Source of the DNA: Planktothrix sp. GU0601_MAG3
GTDB taxonomy: Bacteria > Cyanobacteriota > Cyanobacteriia > Cyanobacteriales > Microcoleaceae
Assembly (NCBI GenBank): GCA_035193785.1
Contig: CP136572.1
Coordinates: 1,248,001 to 1,312,000, forward strand
DNA: 64,000 nucleotides
Direction: 5' to 3'
Below are positions 11,430 through 22,611 of this stretch, in pieces. The translations under genes and the position numbers were made by a program. The notes under the pieces were generated by a model that searched no databases, had not been told where the DNA came from, and saw only the letters and a list, made by a program, of their open reading frames with translations. The first letter of the stretch is position 1. Every line of letters starts with the position of its first letter.

Positions 11430-11540
11430 ACACTGACAGGTCATACTGGGGGTATTTGTGCTGTTGCTTTTAGTCCAGATGGACAAATAATTGTCCGTAG
11501 TAGTGTGGACAGAACTATTAAAATTTGGCGATATCAATAA
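11430..11540 (+). pseudogene. WD40-repeat gene relic (last repeat and stop codon only)
   Basis: Manual translation gives TLTGHTGGICAVAFSPDGQIIVRSSVDRTIKIWRYQ*. It has no start codon and is preceded by an in-frame stop and a HIP1 site at 11401. Confidence 0.85.
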
Positions 11541-11585
11541 ATATTATACAACTATCAGAGCTATAGCGATCATATTCTTCCTTAT

Positions 11586-11922
11586 TTAATTGACAGCAAA
11601 TCCCGTATGTTGCCGAATATTGGGAGAACGAAATCCCAGAACAATCTGTTCTTTTGGGATTCCCCCCGCTACTAACTCATTAGCAATTCCCTGTTCAGTT
11701 TCCATCTCTTTGAATCCAAATTTTCCCCTCAATAATATCAACATGAACCAAACATCCGTGAACTCTGATATCGTTTTCACGTCCCAATATTATTAGCAAA
11801 TAATGGTCTGAATTAATATCAAAAACCGTTTGAATCTGAATATCTCCATAAGCATAAGGTATTTGAGCATATTCAGTCAGAATTTTTTGGATGATATAAC
11901 GATAATTTTCTAAGGTTTCCAT
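11586..11922 (-). CDS. xisI: XisI-family protein (one indel ~11700)
   Basis: HYLLIILG...RVHGCLVHVDIIEGKIWIQRDG joins TEQGIANELVAGGIPKEQIVLGF...TGFAV. Confidence 0.9.
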
Positions 11923-11948
11923 TGTACTATCTCCTCATTTTCTTCAGT
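11910..11948 (-). pseudogene. xisH: 3' remnant of an XisH-family gene
   Basis: The minus strand reads ...EENEEIVQWKP*, overlapping the xisI start as in xisH-xisI pairs. Upstream sequence is replaced by the 206-bp array. Confidence 0.65.
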
Positions 11949-12753
11949 TTTTAATTATCCGGCGGTTGAAACCGCAGCTACACAAACAAAACCCGCCGAC
12001 GCGGGTTAAAGATTCTGGGAGCGGATTTTTCCTACCCATATACCCCCTTTGTCCGCGCAGGCGGACATCGTTTGTGTAGCCGCGATTTCAATCGCCGAGG
12101 GCCTTATTCCTATGGGGAATGTCAGATCAAATCAAAGTCACATCAAATCAAAGTTTTTAATTATCCGGCGGTTGAAACCGCAGCTACACAAACAAAACCC
12201 GCCGACGCGGGTTAAAGATTCTGGGAGCGGATTTTTCCTACCCATATACCCTCCTTGTCCGCGCAGGCGGACATTGTTTGTGTAGACGCGATTTCAATCG
12301 CCGAGGGCCTTATTCCCATGGGGAATGTCAGATCAAATCAAAGTCACATCAAATCAAAGTTTTTAATTATCCGGCGGTTGAAACCGCAGCTACACAAACA
12401 AAACCCGCCGACGCGGGTTAAAGATTCTGGGAGCGGATTTTTCCTACCCATATACCCTCCTTGTCCGCGCAGGCGGACATTGTTTGTGTAGACGCGATTT
12501 CAATCGCCGAGGGCCTTATTCCCATGGGGAATGTCAGATCAAATCAAAGTCACATCAAATCAAAGTTTTTAATTATCCGGCGGTTGAAACCGCAGCTACA
12601 CAAGCAAAACCCGCCGACGCGGGTTTGAAGATTCCGGGGCGGATTTTTCCTACCCACATACCCTATAAGTCCGCGCAGGCGGACATCGTTTGTGTAGACG
12701 CGATTTCAATCGCCGAGGGCTTTATTTCTATTGGGAATGTCACATCAAATCAA
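11947..12753. repeat. Tandem array of 4 x 206-bp units, each holding an inverted pair of ~47-bp REP-like elements (BIME-like)
   Basis: Units start at 11947, 12153, 12359 and 12565. CGGCGGTTGAAACCGCAGCTACACAAACAAAACCCGCCGACGCGGG is an imperfect reverse complement of GTCCGCGCAGGCGGACATCGTTTGTGTAGCCGCGATTTCAATCGCCG. Confidence 0.93.
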
Positions 12754-13686
12754 AATATTTTCATTGCTTCCACAACTTTTTGAGAAATAAAAGGTAAAAT
12801 TTCCTCGTTTTTACTTTGGGCTTTTCCTTCCGTAAATACTACTAATAAATAAGATAGAGTCGCATCAAGTTCAATATAAGCCGCATCATGGCGAACTTGG
12901 CTAGTATGTCCGGCTTTTGACCAGAGTTTTGCCGTTTTAGGTAATCCACCTCCGAGAAAACCTACGACTTGATTCTCTTGATTTTCGGCAACATCTTTAG
13001 GGTCAAGACTGCGTTGAATTAATTTCATCATCTGACCAGAAGCAACGGCAGAAACCGCCACCCCACCAATAATACTATGCAATAATCTGGCGGTGGCATT
13101 AGTAGTTAACATATTGCGATTTTCCATTAATTCCCCTAAAAAAATTCGTTTCTCGACCATAAGCTCCATCACCCCAAATTTTTTGATTCACATTAATTGA
13201 TTCCAATTCCGGCCAGTTAAGGGTTTGTAAATAACGATTAACTAAATTGCGCTGACTTTTCCAGGTTTCAAATGGCCCCGTAGATAATTCTGGCCCACTG
13301 GTAGTTCCGGTTAATACATCAACTACTAAACTGGTAGCATCGTTACTAGAATCAATAATCATATCTCTAGTGGCTCTTTCTAATTCCGGGGTTGTCCGTA
13401 ACATTCCCTTCTCTTTCCACTCAAAAACAGCCAGTAAATAAAATAATTTCACAATACTAGCCGGATAAATTCGTTCAATTCCCCGATAGTTAAATCCTCG
13501 GATGGGATATTTCCAAAATGCCTCCGGGGTTAAAGCGCCTCCGGTATTAACAGGAATAGGCGGGTCATATACTAACCAAGTCATAGCCACTTGATTGGCG
13601 GCTAAACCTGGAAATTGGGTGCGAGTTGCATTTATAATGCCAATGCCTTGGGTTTCTAATTGTTCATCGGAATGGAAAAAAGTCAT
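12750..13686 (-). CDS. Serine hydrolase, class A beta-lactamase-like family (one indel ~13155)
   Basis: YPASIVKLFY (SxxK), SSNDAT, WSKAGHTSQVRHDAAY. Confidence 0.9.
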
Positions 13687-13768
13687 TTCATTTTTCAGTG
13701 TCAGGTTTGCTGGTTTTGGCTAAGAGTCAACAGTCAACCCTCAACCGTCAACATCCATTAAATTAATT

Positions 13769-14479
13769 ATGATTGCCAAACCCTTATCAGATGGGATTGA
13801 ATATTGCTGTAGAGAGAATTTAGATCTCTATGATGGAGCGGACTGCCAAACTTTAGCAACGCAAGCGGCTGCCTCTCGTCATTTACGTCTACTTCCCAAA
13901 CCCACAAATCAGACTAATAATTCCCCTAATATATTAGTTCAATTATGTGAAGATCATTATACCGCTTGGCTACGCACTGGCGATCAAAAGCATTTAGAGA
14001 TTGCAACTCAACCTTATATTCCTCCGATTTGGTCAGAGGCTCAAATTCAAGCTGCAATTCCCCAGATTATTCGGTTTACTCAAGCTGCAATGGCAACCCC
14101 TAATTACTATCTTTGGGGCGGGACAGTTAGCCCTAATTATGATTGTTCGGGTTTAATCCAAGCTGCCTTTGCTAATGCCGGAATTTGGATTCCTAGAGAC
14201 GCCTATCAACAGGAAGCCTTTGCCAAACCAATTACTTTTCATCGAGAACAATTAGATTTTTCAAGTCTTCTCCCCGGGGATTTAATATTTTTTGGAACCG
14301 TTGAAAAAGCGACTCATGTTGGATTATATCTCGGAGACCAACAATATATTCATAGTTCGGGTAGCGAACACGGTCGCAACGGCATAAAAATTGATGTATT
14401 ATCCTCAAAAGGAGATGCCTGTGTTCAGTATTATTTTAAACAGTTACGGGGAGCAGGACGAATAATTTCTAGCTATTAA
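13769..14479 (+). CDS. NlpC/P60 (C40) peptidase
   Basis: YLWGG...YDCSGL, PRDAYQQ, PGDLIFFG, HVGLYLG, YIHSSG. Confidence 0.93.
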   Translation: MIAKPLSDGIEYCCRENLDLYDGADCQTLATQAAASRHLRLLPKPTNQTNNSPNILVQLCEDHYTAWLRTGDQKHLEIATQPYIPPIWSEAQIQAAIPQIIRFTQAAMATPNYYLWGGTVSPNYDCSGLIQAAFANAGIWIPRDAYQQEAFAKPITFHREQLDFSSLLPGDLIFFGTVEKATHVGLYLGDQQYIHSSGSEHGRNGIKIDVLSSKGDACVQYYFKQLRGAGRIISSY

Positions 14480-14490
14480 ACTGCCTTTTA

Positions 14491-14702
14491 AGGGAATAGG
14501 GAATTACGAATTACGAATTACGAATTACGAATTACAAATTACAAATGAGCAATATTTTATTCCCCCTGCCTCCCCCACTCCCCCTGCCCCCCCTGCCTCC
14601 CCCACTCCCCCTGCCCCCCTGCCTCCCCCACTCCCCCTGCCTCCCCTGCCTCCCCTGCTCCGCCTGCTCCCCCTGCTCCCCCTGCTCCCCCTGCTCCCCT
14701 GT
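14491..14702. repeat. Compound STRR block: (TTACGAA)n and (CTCCCCTGC/CCCCCTGCT)n
   Basis: Tandem heptamers and nonamers between convergent genes. Confidence 0.92.
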
Positions 14703-14758
14703 TTCCTTTTAATCAGGAATTTTGAACACAACTCAAATAGGATTGCTATAGTTTGGGA

Positions 14759-16956
14759 TTAAGACTGGGTATCAGTATCCCGGGAAAACTCATACAAATT
14801 TTTCCCCGTGGTCTTAGCCCGATACATAGCCGTATCTGCTAACTTAATTAAAGTTTCCATATCTTGAGCATCCGCCGGATATAAACTAATTCCGATGCTA
14901 GTAGTAATTGAGATTTTGTGTCCCTCTAAAATCGTATCCTGAGTAATAGTATCAAGGATTTTTTGGGCTACCCGGGCAACATCCGACTTACTGGGAATAC
15001 CCGGGAGAATCACGGTAAACTCATCTCCACCCAACCGAGAAACCGTGTCACTTCCCCTTAAACAGCCCTTGAGTCTATCCCCAATGGTTTTGAGAAGTAA
15101 ATCTCCCACCTGATGACCGAGGCTATCGTTAACGTGCTTAAAGTCATTAAGGTCTAAAAATAACAGCGCAACTATACGATTTTGACTATTAGCCCATTCT
15201 AGCGATTGAGTTAAACGTTCTTGGAATAAAATTCGGTTGGGAAGTCCGGTGAGGGGGTCATGTTCGGCGGAAGCCCGCAATTGGGCATTAGACCGCTTCA
15301 GTTTCAGCAGCAATTTGTTTTAAATTTTCTTCTAAAAGTTTACGTTCGGTAATATCTCGAATCACCCCCACTAAATAGAGATTTCCCGCCGCATCTCGGT
15401 GCAGCGATCGCTTCGTAGCAATATAATGGGTAATCCCATTAATATCGGTCAACTGTTCTTCATTTTCCTGTTCCCAAGTCGTGTTAAATGCCATTTCATC
15501 CTGTTGGCGAAATAGTTCAGCTTCATGTTTAGGAAAAAGTTGATCATCACTTTTTTCCATCAACACATTCAACGGATAACCTACAAACTTACAATAGGCT
15601 TGATTTAACACAATTTTCTGATGATCTTTATTTTTTACAAAAATTGGGTCGGGAATCGTATTAATAATACTTTGCAAAAATTCGGTAGACCGTTTTAACT
15701 CTCCTTGTAAATGGGCTAAATGGGCAATAATTACCCCCGCAGACCCGATTAAAGCCAAGTTAGCGGGAACCACAGGAATCCACCACCCCTGAAGAAATAC
15801 CAGGTAGGTAACCCCGGTAATCCCAAGACTAATTAAAATGATTAGGGACACCGAACGCCGGGGGGATTGAAGTTTCCAACTCAAAGCAGCCCCCACCCAA
15901 GACCATCCGAAAATCCACAGCCATTCTAAGGGTTCTGGCCAGACTTTAATTAAAGTTCGACCCTCTAAAACCGAACTAATAATTTGACTGGTTAATTGGG
16001 CTTGCAGTTCAACACCATACGTCATTACAGAAGACCTAAATATCCCATCACTATAGGAGGTAAATTCTGAATCTTTAATACTCGGGGCTGTAGAACCAAT
16101 AATCACAATCCGATTTTTAATTAAATCAGGAGAAACTCGATTTTCTAAAATATCTCGCATCGGAATAGAGGGAAATGTTCCCGCCGGCCCTCGCAAATTA
16201 ATCAAGAATTGATAACCGCCATCATCGGCCCTAATATAAGAGCCATCATTGGGTTTAAACCGACGAAATACTGTATTTTTAAATTGTACTTCATCAGAAT
16301 TTTTGGGAGAAGGTTTGGACTCAATTCCTTGATTTCTTAAATAAATTGAAGCCAGTTGTAGAGCGAAACTTTTGAGAATTTTTTGTTTATTGTTTTGGTC
16401 AGGAAGATATAGTAATCCCCGGCGAACTTTGCTGTCAGAATCTCGAGGGACATTATTAAAACCAGTTTGATTTTTATTTTCTAAAATCTCAGGAGGACTC
16501 ACCCCAGATTTTCCACTACTTTCTACTAATTCAATACCAATTAAATTGGGAATCTTTGCAAACGATGCGGCTAATTCTGCCCCTCCGGGTTTCCGTGGGT
16601 AAATTTCGATAAATATCTAAACCAATAGCTTGTGGTTTACCCTGATTAACTTTTTGTAATAATTGAGCCAAAATTCTATCGGAAATGGGAAACCCATACT
16701 GTTGTAAATCCTGCTCATCAATCCCAATAATTAAAATCCGATCATCAACCGATTCCAAAGGACGTACTCGAAAATATTGATCATAAAGTGCCCATTCCGA
16801 TGGTTGCAAAATCCCTAAAAATCGAATAAAAATAACTACAGCCGTCACACTAGAAGCGGTGAATAATACTCGACCTTCTTGAGATAACCAGCGCTTGAGA
16901 GGAACTCGACGACAATACTCTTGAAATCTTTTGAACATCGGTTGCAACGATCCCAT
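14759..16956 (-). CDS. CHASE2-PAS-GGDEF diguanylate cyclase (two indels ~16590, ~15300)
   Basis: CHASE2 (DDRILIIGIDE, AIGLDIYR, IVIIGSTAPS, GVELQAQ), three TM segments, PAS (IPDPIFVK), HDPLTGLPNR...RLGGDEF. Confidence 0.9.
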
Positions 16957-16981
16957 TTATTTATCTGTTTAAAGTCACCGT

Positions 16982-17240
16982 CTTACGAATTACGAATTAC
17001 GAATTACGAATTACGAATGGGTAATGGGTAATGGGTAATGGGTAATGGGTAATGGGTAATGGGTAATGGGTAATGGGTAATGGGTAATGGGTAATGGGTA
17101 ATGGGTAATAGCAAAAGTTTACCTCCCCTGCTCCCCCTGCTCCCCCTGCCTCCCCTACCTCCCCTGCTCCCCCTGCTCCCCTGCTCCCCCTGCTCCCCCT
17201 GCTCCCCTGCTCCCCTGCCTCCCCTACTCCCCTACTCTCC
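16982..17240. repeat. Compound STRR block: (TTACGAA)n, (ATGGGTA)n, (CTCCCCCTG)n
   Basis: Three adjacent tandem arrays directly visible. Confidence 0.93.
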
Positions 17241-18159
17241 TTACTTCCCCTGCTCCCGTTGCCCCTGATAGTCCGATAATTCAGCTAATTTTTCTAAGGG
17301 TTGAATTCCCGGGTACAATTTACCCCGAATTTCCCAAGTTGGAAAACCTTGAATTCCAGCTTTTTCGCAAAGTTGGGTTTGAGAATTTTTGCCGTCAGTA
17401 GTGCACTCAATATAGTTAATTATAGCAAACGCCTCTTTCCCAAAGAGTTGTTTTTGATCGTAACAGTGAGAACACCAATAGGCCCCATATTCCTTAGCTC
17501 CAATTTGGGTCAAATGACGAGCTAAAGCGATTTCTGCTGGCCCGGATGTGGTGGTAATCGCTAACCCCGTCTCACCATTACTATCACTGAAGGAGTTGGG
17601 GGTGTTGATGTCGCCAACGCTATTGTATAAACCCAGAGCCACAATGGCGGTAATCATCCCTACCCCAAGACCCGAAAACCAAAGTTGACCCACATCTTCC
17701 CAACTTTGCCCGATCAAAGTTAGAACAAATAGACTCACACAGAACAGGGCTGAGGCAATACAGTAGGGGCATATTGCCTGAATTCTAAAAAAGAGTAAAA
17801 ACATCAAGTAACTACTGAAACACACCATTGCAGTGGTTACGAGAAATAGAATAAACCCCGTCTGAGTTTCCACCTTTTGGCGAAGGGATTTTTGAGTCAC
17901 CGGGTTTCAGAATTAAAGGAGCAACGGCTAATAGCAAAACCGTCGCATAGGCAAAAAATCCAAATAGAGTCAAGGGTAAACCCAAGACCGTCGAATAGGG
18001 ACTATTGAGAACTTCTTCACAGCCAGAAGTGGGACAAACTGCCGTCCCACCCAGGAGTTTAATACTGGTTAAATAGATATTTTCGATCACACCGATTAGA
18101 GCAATCGCCGCAATCATCGGCCGTGACCAGCGATAAATCCAAGGGGTAAAACGTCCCAT
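17241..18159 (-). CDS. VKOR-thioredoxin-like fusion (thylakoid disulfide formation; one indel ~17890)
   Basis: CPTSGCEEVLNSPY, CPYC, YGAYWCSHC..QKQLFG, GFPTW. Confidence 0.92.
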
Positions 18160-18259
18160 AAATCAGTTATCGGTAAACAGTTATTAGTTACCAGTGTAAG
18201 AGCGAATAGTGAATAGTGAATAGTGAGGAGTCAAGACAATCAACTGGCTATCTCACTAA

Positions 18260-19114
18260 TTATTTTTTGTTTTGACTAATCACTGATAACTGATGACCAA
18301 TCACTGATAACTGACTCAAGCTCCGGCGAGTTGTTTCGACAAACTGACCGACCCGACTGGGATCAATCGGTTGATGAATCTGTCCATGGCGTTTTAGGGA
18401 ACTGGACACAATTACCCCATCGGCCGCTTGGATTAGGGTTCCCACATTTTCCCAACTGGCACCACTGCCGATAAAGACGGGAGTTCCCATGGCTGCTGCC
18501 CGGGCCAGTTCTAAATCTTCTAAATTAGGGGGACTACCCGTAGACCAACCGGACAGAATCACCCCATCGGCTAAGGCTCGCTCAATGGTTTCTTGGACGG
18601 CCGTGGTCAGGTTAGGAGATCCCAAGGGACGACCATGTTTGACCAAAACATCGGCCAAAATTTTGACATCACTGCCTAATTCCCGTCGATAACGCAGGAT
18701 CTCATGGGCGTGACCTTCGATAATCCCCTGATCCGTAGCCATGACGCCGTTTAAGACATTAACGCGGACAAATTGAGCCCCCGTACAGGCGGCAATGGCT
18801 AAGGCACTATGGGCATCGTTACGCAGCACATTAATCCCAATGGGCAGCGTTACTAAGTTCATAATCCTTTGTACAATCAGGGTCATGGCACTGACAACGG
18901 CCGGATCAACTTGATCCTTAGCAAAGGGAGCATCAAAAAAATTCTCGACGATGATGCCGTTGACCCCGCCCGAAGCCAGGGCCGTTGCCTCTTGTTCAGC
19001 GCGGTCAATAACCGTTTTGAGATTCCCTCCCCAACGGGGAGAAGTCGGTAGCGGCAACAGATGTACAACACCGATAATAGGATTGGGAGTTTTAAAGATT
19101 TGATCTAAGTCCAC
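18260..19114 (-). CDS. btpA: Photosystem I biogenesis protein BtpA
   Basis: IIGVVHLLPLPTSPRWGG, VENFFDAPF, GINVLRND, ADVLVKH. GTG start at 19114 is likely. Confidence 0.93.
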   Translation of the reverse strand: MDLDQIFKTPNPIIGVVHLLPLPTSPRWGGNLKTVIDRAEQEATALASGGVNGIIVENFFDAPFAKDQVDPAVVSAMTLIVQRIMNLVTLPIGINVLRNDAHSALAIAACTGAQFVRVNVLNGVMATDQGIIEGHAHEILRYRRELGSDVKILADVLVKHGRPLGSPNLTTAVQETIERALADGVILSGWSTGSPPNLEDLELARAAAMGTPVFIGSGASWENVGTLIQAADGVIVSSSLKRHGQIHQPIDPSRVGQFVETTRRSLSQLSVIGHQLSVISQNKK

Positions 19115-19441
19115 AGATTTACCTATGACCACCAAAGTTTCACTGCCTCACCTCTATGCCCAAGGCTAAGGCAGAGTATGGGTAGTCTGAAAATGAATAA
19201 AGACATTACATTATACAGTTATCAGTTATCAGTTATCAGTTATCAGTGCAAGAATTAACGGTCTTCTGTTGTACTGATTAGGTGTTTACTGATAACATGA
19301 TAAACTATAATCACCAGTCTATCATATTATCAGTTACCAATAATCAGTTATCAGTAAAGAATTGAATAGTCGATTAACTTTTAACTCGTACAGACGCGCT
19401 CTTGGCAAATCTCTACACTGATCACGGATCACTGATTACCG

Positions 19442-20395
19442 ATGAAAATTGTTCTAGTCCTGTTAGGAATATTGCTCTTTGTTTTAATGGTGGTGGAGAT
19501 TGGGTTACGTCTGCGTTTTGGGTTGGGTTCTCCCGTTTTGTATTTGGCGGACTCGGACATCGGTTATTTATTAGCCCCGAACCAAAAAACCCGTCGTTAT
19601 GGCAACCAGATTGAAATTAATCAATATTCCATGCGAAGTGCCTCTATTAATCCCCTTCCCACGGCTGAAACCCTACGGGTGATGTTATTGGGGGATTCCT
19701 TGGTGAATGGGGGATGGTGGACGGATCAATCCCAAACTCTGTCGGCGTTGATCGATCAACAATTGGCTGCTGGTTCGGGAAATCGGGTACATGGGGAAGT
19801 CCTGAATGTGTCGGCTAATTCCTGGGGGCCACCGAATCAACTTGCCTATTTACAACGGTTTGGACTGTTTGGGTCAGAGGTGATTGTGTTATTGATCAAT
19901 ACCGATGATTTGTTCTCCCAGCCGCCAAATCCCGGCGTTGTAGGGCGCGATCGCAACTACCCTAATACATCACCTCGTTTAGCTTTAGTGGAGGTGTTTA
20001 ATCGCCGTTTAAAACCCTCTGAACCGATTCCCACCCCCCAACAACCCCAACCTACCGACCCGGTGGGATATAATTTAGAGAAGCTCCAAGGGATTGAGGC
20101 GATCGCTAGGCAAAATAATGCTAACTTTATATTAGCGATGACACCCTTATTGCGAGAAGTCGGCGAACCCGGGCCACGGGATTATGAAATTAAAGCCCGT
20201 CAACGATTAACGGAATTCACCCAAGCTCAAAATTGGGTTTATATTGATTTCTTGCCGATCTTTAAAGCCACTTCCCAACCCGCAACTCTGTATCGAGATC
20301 ATATTCATTTGAGCCCCTCTGGCAATCAATTAGTCAGTGAAAAAATTAGTCAAAGGTTAGAAGAAGAATTGAGAATTAAAAATAAAAACAAATAA
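19442..20395 (+). CDS. SGNH/GDSL hydrolase family protein
   Basis: N-terminal TM segment, LLGDSLVNG, YRDHIHL. Confidence 0.88.
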   Translation: MKIVLVLLGILLFVLMVVEIGLRLRFGLGSPVLYLADSDIGYLLAPNQKTRRYGNQIEINQYSMRSASINPLPTAETLRVMLLGDSLVNGGWWTDQSQTLSALIDQQLAAGSGNRVHGEVLNVSANSWGPPNQLAYLQRFGLFGSEVIVLLINTDDLFSQPPNPGVVGRDRNYPNTSPRLALVEVFNRRLKPSEPIPTPQQPQPTDPVGYNLEKLQGIEAIARQNNANFILAMTPLLREVGEPGPRDYEIKARQRLTEFTQAQNWVYIDFLPIFKATSQPATLYRDHIHLSPSGNQLVSEKISQRLEEELRIKNKNK

Positions 20396-20414
20396 AATAT
20401 ACAGGTTGAATTAG

Positions 20415-20969
20415 GTGAAAATATTAACTATGCCAGGGACTTTAATTAATCGATATGCTCCAGATTTTGAATTACCAGGAATTGATGATAAAGTTCATCA
20501 TTTAGCTCGTTATTTAAAAGAATATAGAGCCGTTGTTGTGATTTTTATGTGTAACCATTGTCCCTATGTTCGTTCATACTTACATCGCCTGAAACAGTTA
20601 CAACAAGACTATCAGGAACAGGGGGTAATTTTAGTTGGAATTAATGCCAATGATGCCAGTCAATACCCCGAGGATAGTTTTGAAAATATGAAAATTTTTG
20701 CCAGAGAACAGGAATTAAATTTTCCTTATATTCGAGATATTACCCAAGATGTAGCCCATTGTTTTGGGGCAACTAATACCCCGGAAACATTTTTATTAGA
20801 TCGTTCAGGAATTGTGCGCTATCAGGGCTCAATTGATGATAATTCCCAACTCGCTGAAAATGTTACTGTTCCCTATTTAAAAAATGCGATCGCCCAACTT
20901 CTCAACCACGAACCAATTACCACCGAACAGACAGAGGCGATCGGTTGCTCGATTAAGTGGAGATATTGA
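20415..20969 (+). CDS. AhpC/TSA thioredoxin-family protein
   Basis: APDFELPG, FMCNHCPYV, GCSIKW. Confidence 0.9.
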   Translation: MKILTMPGTLINRYAPDFELPGIDDKVHHLARYLKEYRAVVVIFMCNHCPYVRSYLHRLKQLQQDYQEQGVILVGINANDASQYPEDSFENMKIFAREQELNFPYIRDITQDVAHCFGATNTPETFLLDRSGIVRYQGSIDDNSQLAENVTVPYLKNAIAQLLNHEPITTEQTEAIGCSIKWRY

Positions 20970-21193
20970 TAGCTTGGAAAACCATAGACAAATATCTCAG
21001 GTCTTAATTGGATCTAAATCCAAAAAACTGAAACAATAGAGGTAAATTGATAACTGATAACTAATAACTGATGACTGATGACTGAATATATCCTGATATG
21101 ATAACCCCAGGGTCTAAGCGACGGGTGACGATAAACCCAATCCACTCACGAAAATTAGCGATATTGATGAATACAAAGGCTATGGGGGTATAA

Positions 21194-21923
21194 ATGGGAA
21201 CAGCGTACAAACGCATTTTACTCAAATTAAGTGGCGAAGCCCTGATGGGAGATTTGGGCTATGGCATTGATCCATCGGTGGTTCAAGAGATCGCTCAAGA
21301 AGTCGCCGAAGTGGTGAATCAAGGATTACAAGTCGCCATTGTGGTCGGAGGCGGTAATATTTTTCGGGGGGTGAAGGCCGCCGCCGGGGGCATGGATCGA
21401 GCCACGGCCGATTATGTCGGTATGATTGCTACGGTGATGAATTCCATTACCTTACAAGATGCCCTAGAACAAATTGGGGTTCCGACCCGGGTACAAACGG
21501 CGATCGCCATGCAGGAAATCGCCGAACCCTATATTAGACGCAAAGCCATTCGCCACCTAGAAACTCAATCGGGTGGTGATTTTTGGTGCGGGTTCAGGAA
21601 ATCCTTTTTTCACCACGGACACCACCGCAGCACTACGGGCGGCGGAAATTGATGCGGAAGTGATTTTTAAAGCGACCAAGGTAGACGGCATCTATGATAG
21701 CGATCCCAAACATAACCCGGAGGCTAAACGCTACCAAACATTGACATACAACTACGTCCTCACCCATGATTTACGGGTGATGGATAGTACAGCGATCGCG
21801 CTGTGCAAAGAAAATAATATCCCTATTATTGTATTTGATCTGACTGTACGGGGAAATATCAGCCGTGCGGTAAGTGGTGAACCTGTTGGAACCTTAGTTG
21901 GAGGTTTGTGTGAAGTTAGCTGA
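21194..21923 (+). CDS. pyrH: UMP kinase (one indel ~21565)
   Basis: [39 protein letters not shown]. Confidence 0.96.
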
Positions 21924-22458
21924 AGTTGAAGATCACATGGTTAAAGCATTGGAGGCGGCTCAACGCTCCTTCAATACTATCCGAACTGGACGGGCAAATA
22001 CCAGTTTACTAGATCGAATCGTCGTGGAATATTACGGGACTCAAATGCACTTAAAAGCATTGGCGAATATTAGCACCCCCGACTCCACCACCATTGCCAT
22101 TCAGCCGTTTGATCGCAATACTCTCAATATTATTGAGAAAGCGATTTTGATGTCGGATATTGGGTTAACACCGAATAACGACGGCTCCGTGATCCGTCTG
22201 AATATCCCCCCTTTAACCAGCGATCGGCGGAAGGAATTAGTCAAACAAGTGGCTAAATTGGCGGAAGATGGTAAAGTCGCCGTCAGAAATATTCGTCGGG
22301 ATGCAATTGATTCGATTCGGAAACAGGAAAAAAGTAGTGAAATCTCAAAAGACGAATCTGCTGATTCACAAGATTCCGTCCAGAAACTGACAGACAAGTA
22401 CATCGCTAAAATCGATGAAGCCTTGGCGGTCAAAGAAAAAGACATCACCACTGTTTAA
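21910..22458 (+). CDS. frr: Ribosome recycling factor
   Basis: [30 protein letters not shown]. Follows pyrH. GTG start at 21910. Confidence 0.96.
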   Translation: MKLAEVEDHMVKALEAAQRSFNTIRTGRANTSLLDRIVVEYYGTQMHLKALANISTPDSTTIAIQPFDRNTLNIIEKAILMSDIGLTPNNDGSVIRLNIPPLTSDRRKELVKQVAKLAEDGKVAVRNIRRDAIDSIRKQEKSSEISKDESADSQDSVQKLTDKYIAKIDEALAVKEKDITTV

Positions 22459-22611
22459 CACCAGGGTGCGGGATGAAGATGGGGGTTTGTAATTAACAGT
22501 TCACCCCCTCTTTATCCTCAAGTGCAAAAACTATCAAAAATAGCCAATAGTCAACAATTATCAGTCAAGATTTAACTGATAACTGATAACTGATAACTAA
22601 TTAGTAGTTCT

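Noticed and set aside
11947..12753. 206-bp array as a CRISPR array or as coding ORFs (12049-12783)
   Set aside because: Whole units repeat, so there are no unique spacers. The ORFs are just translations of the repeat.
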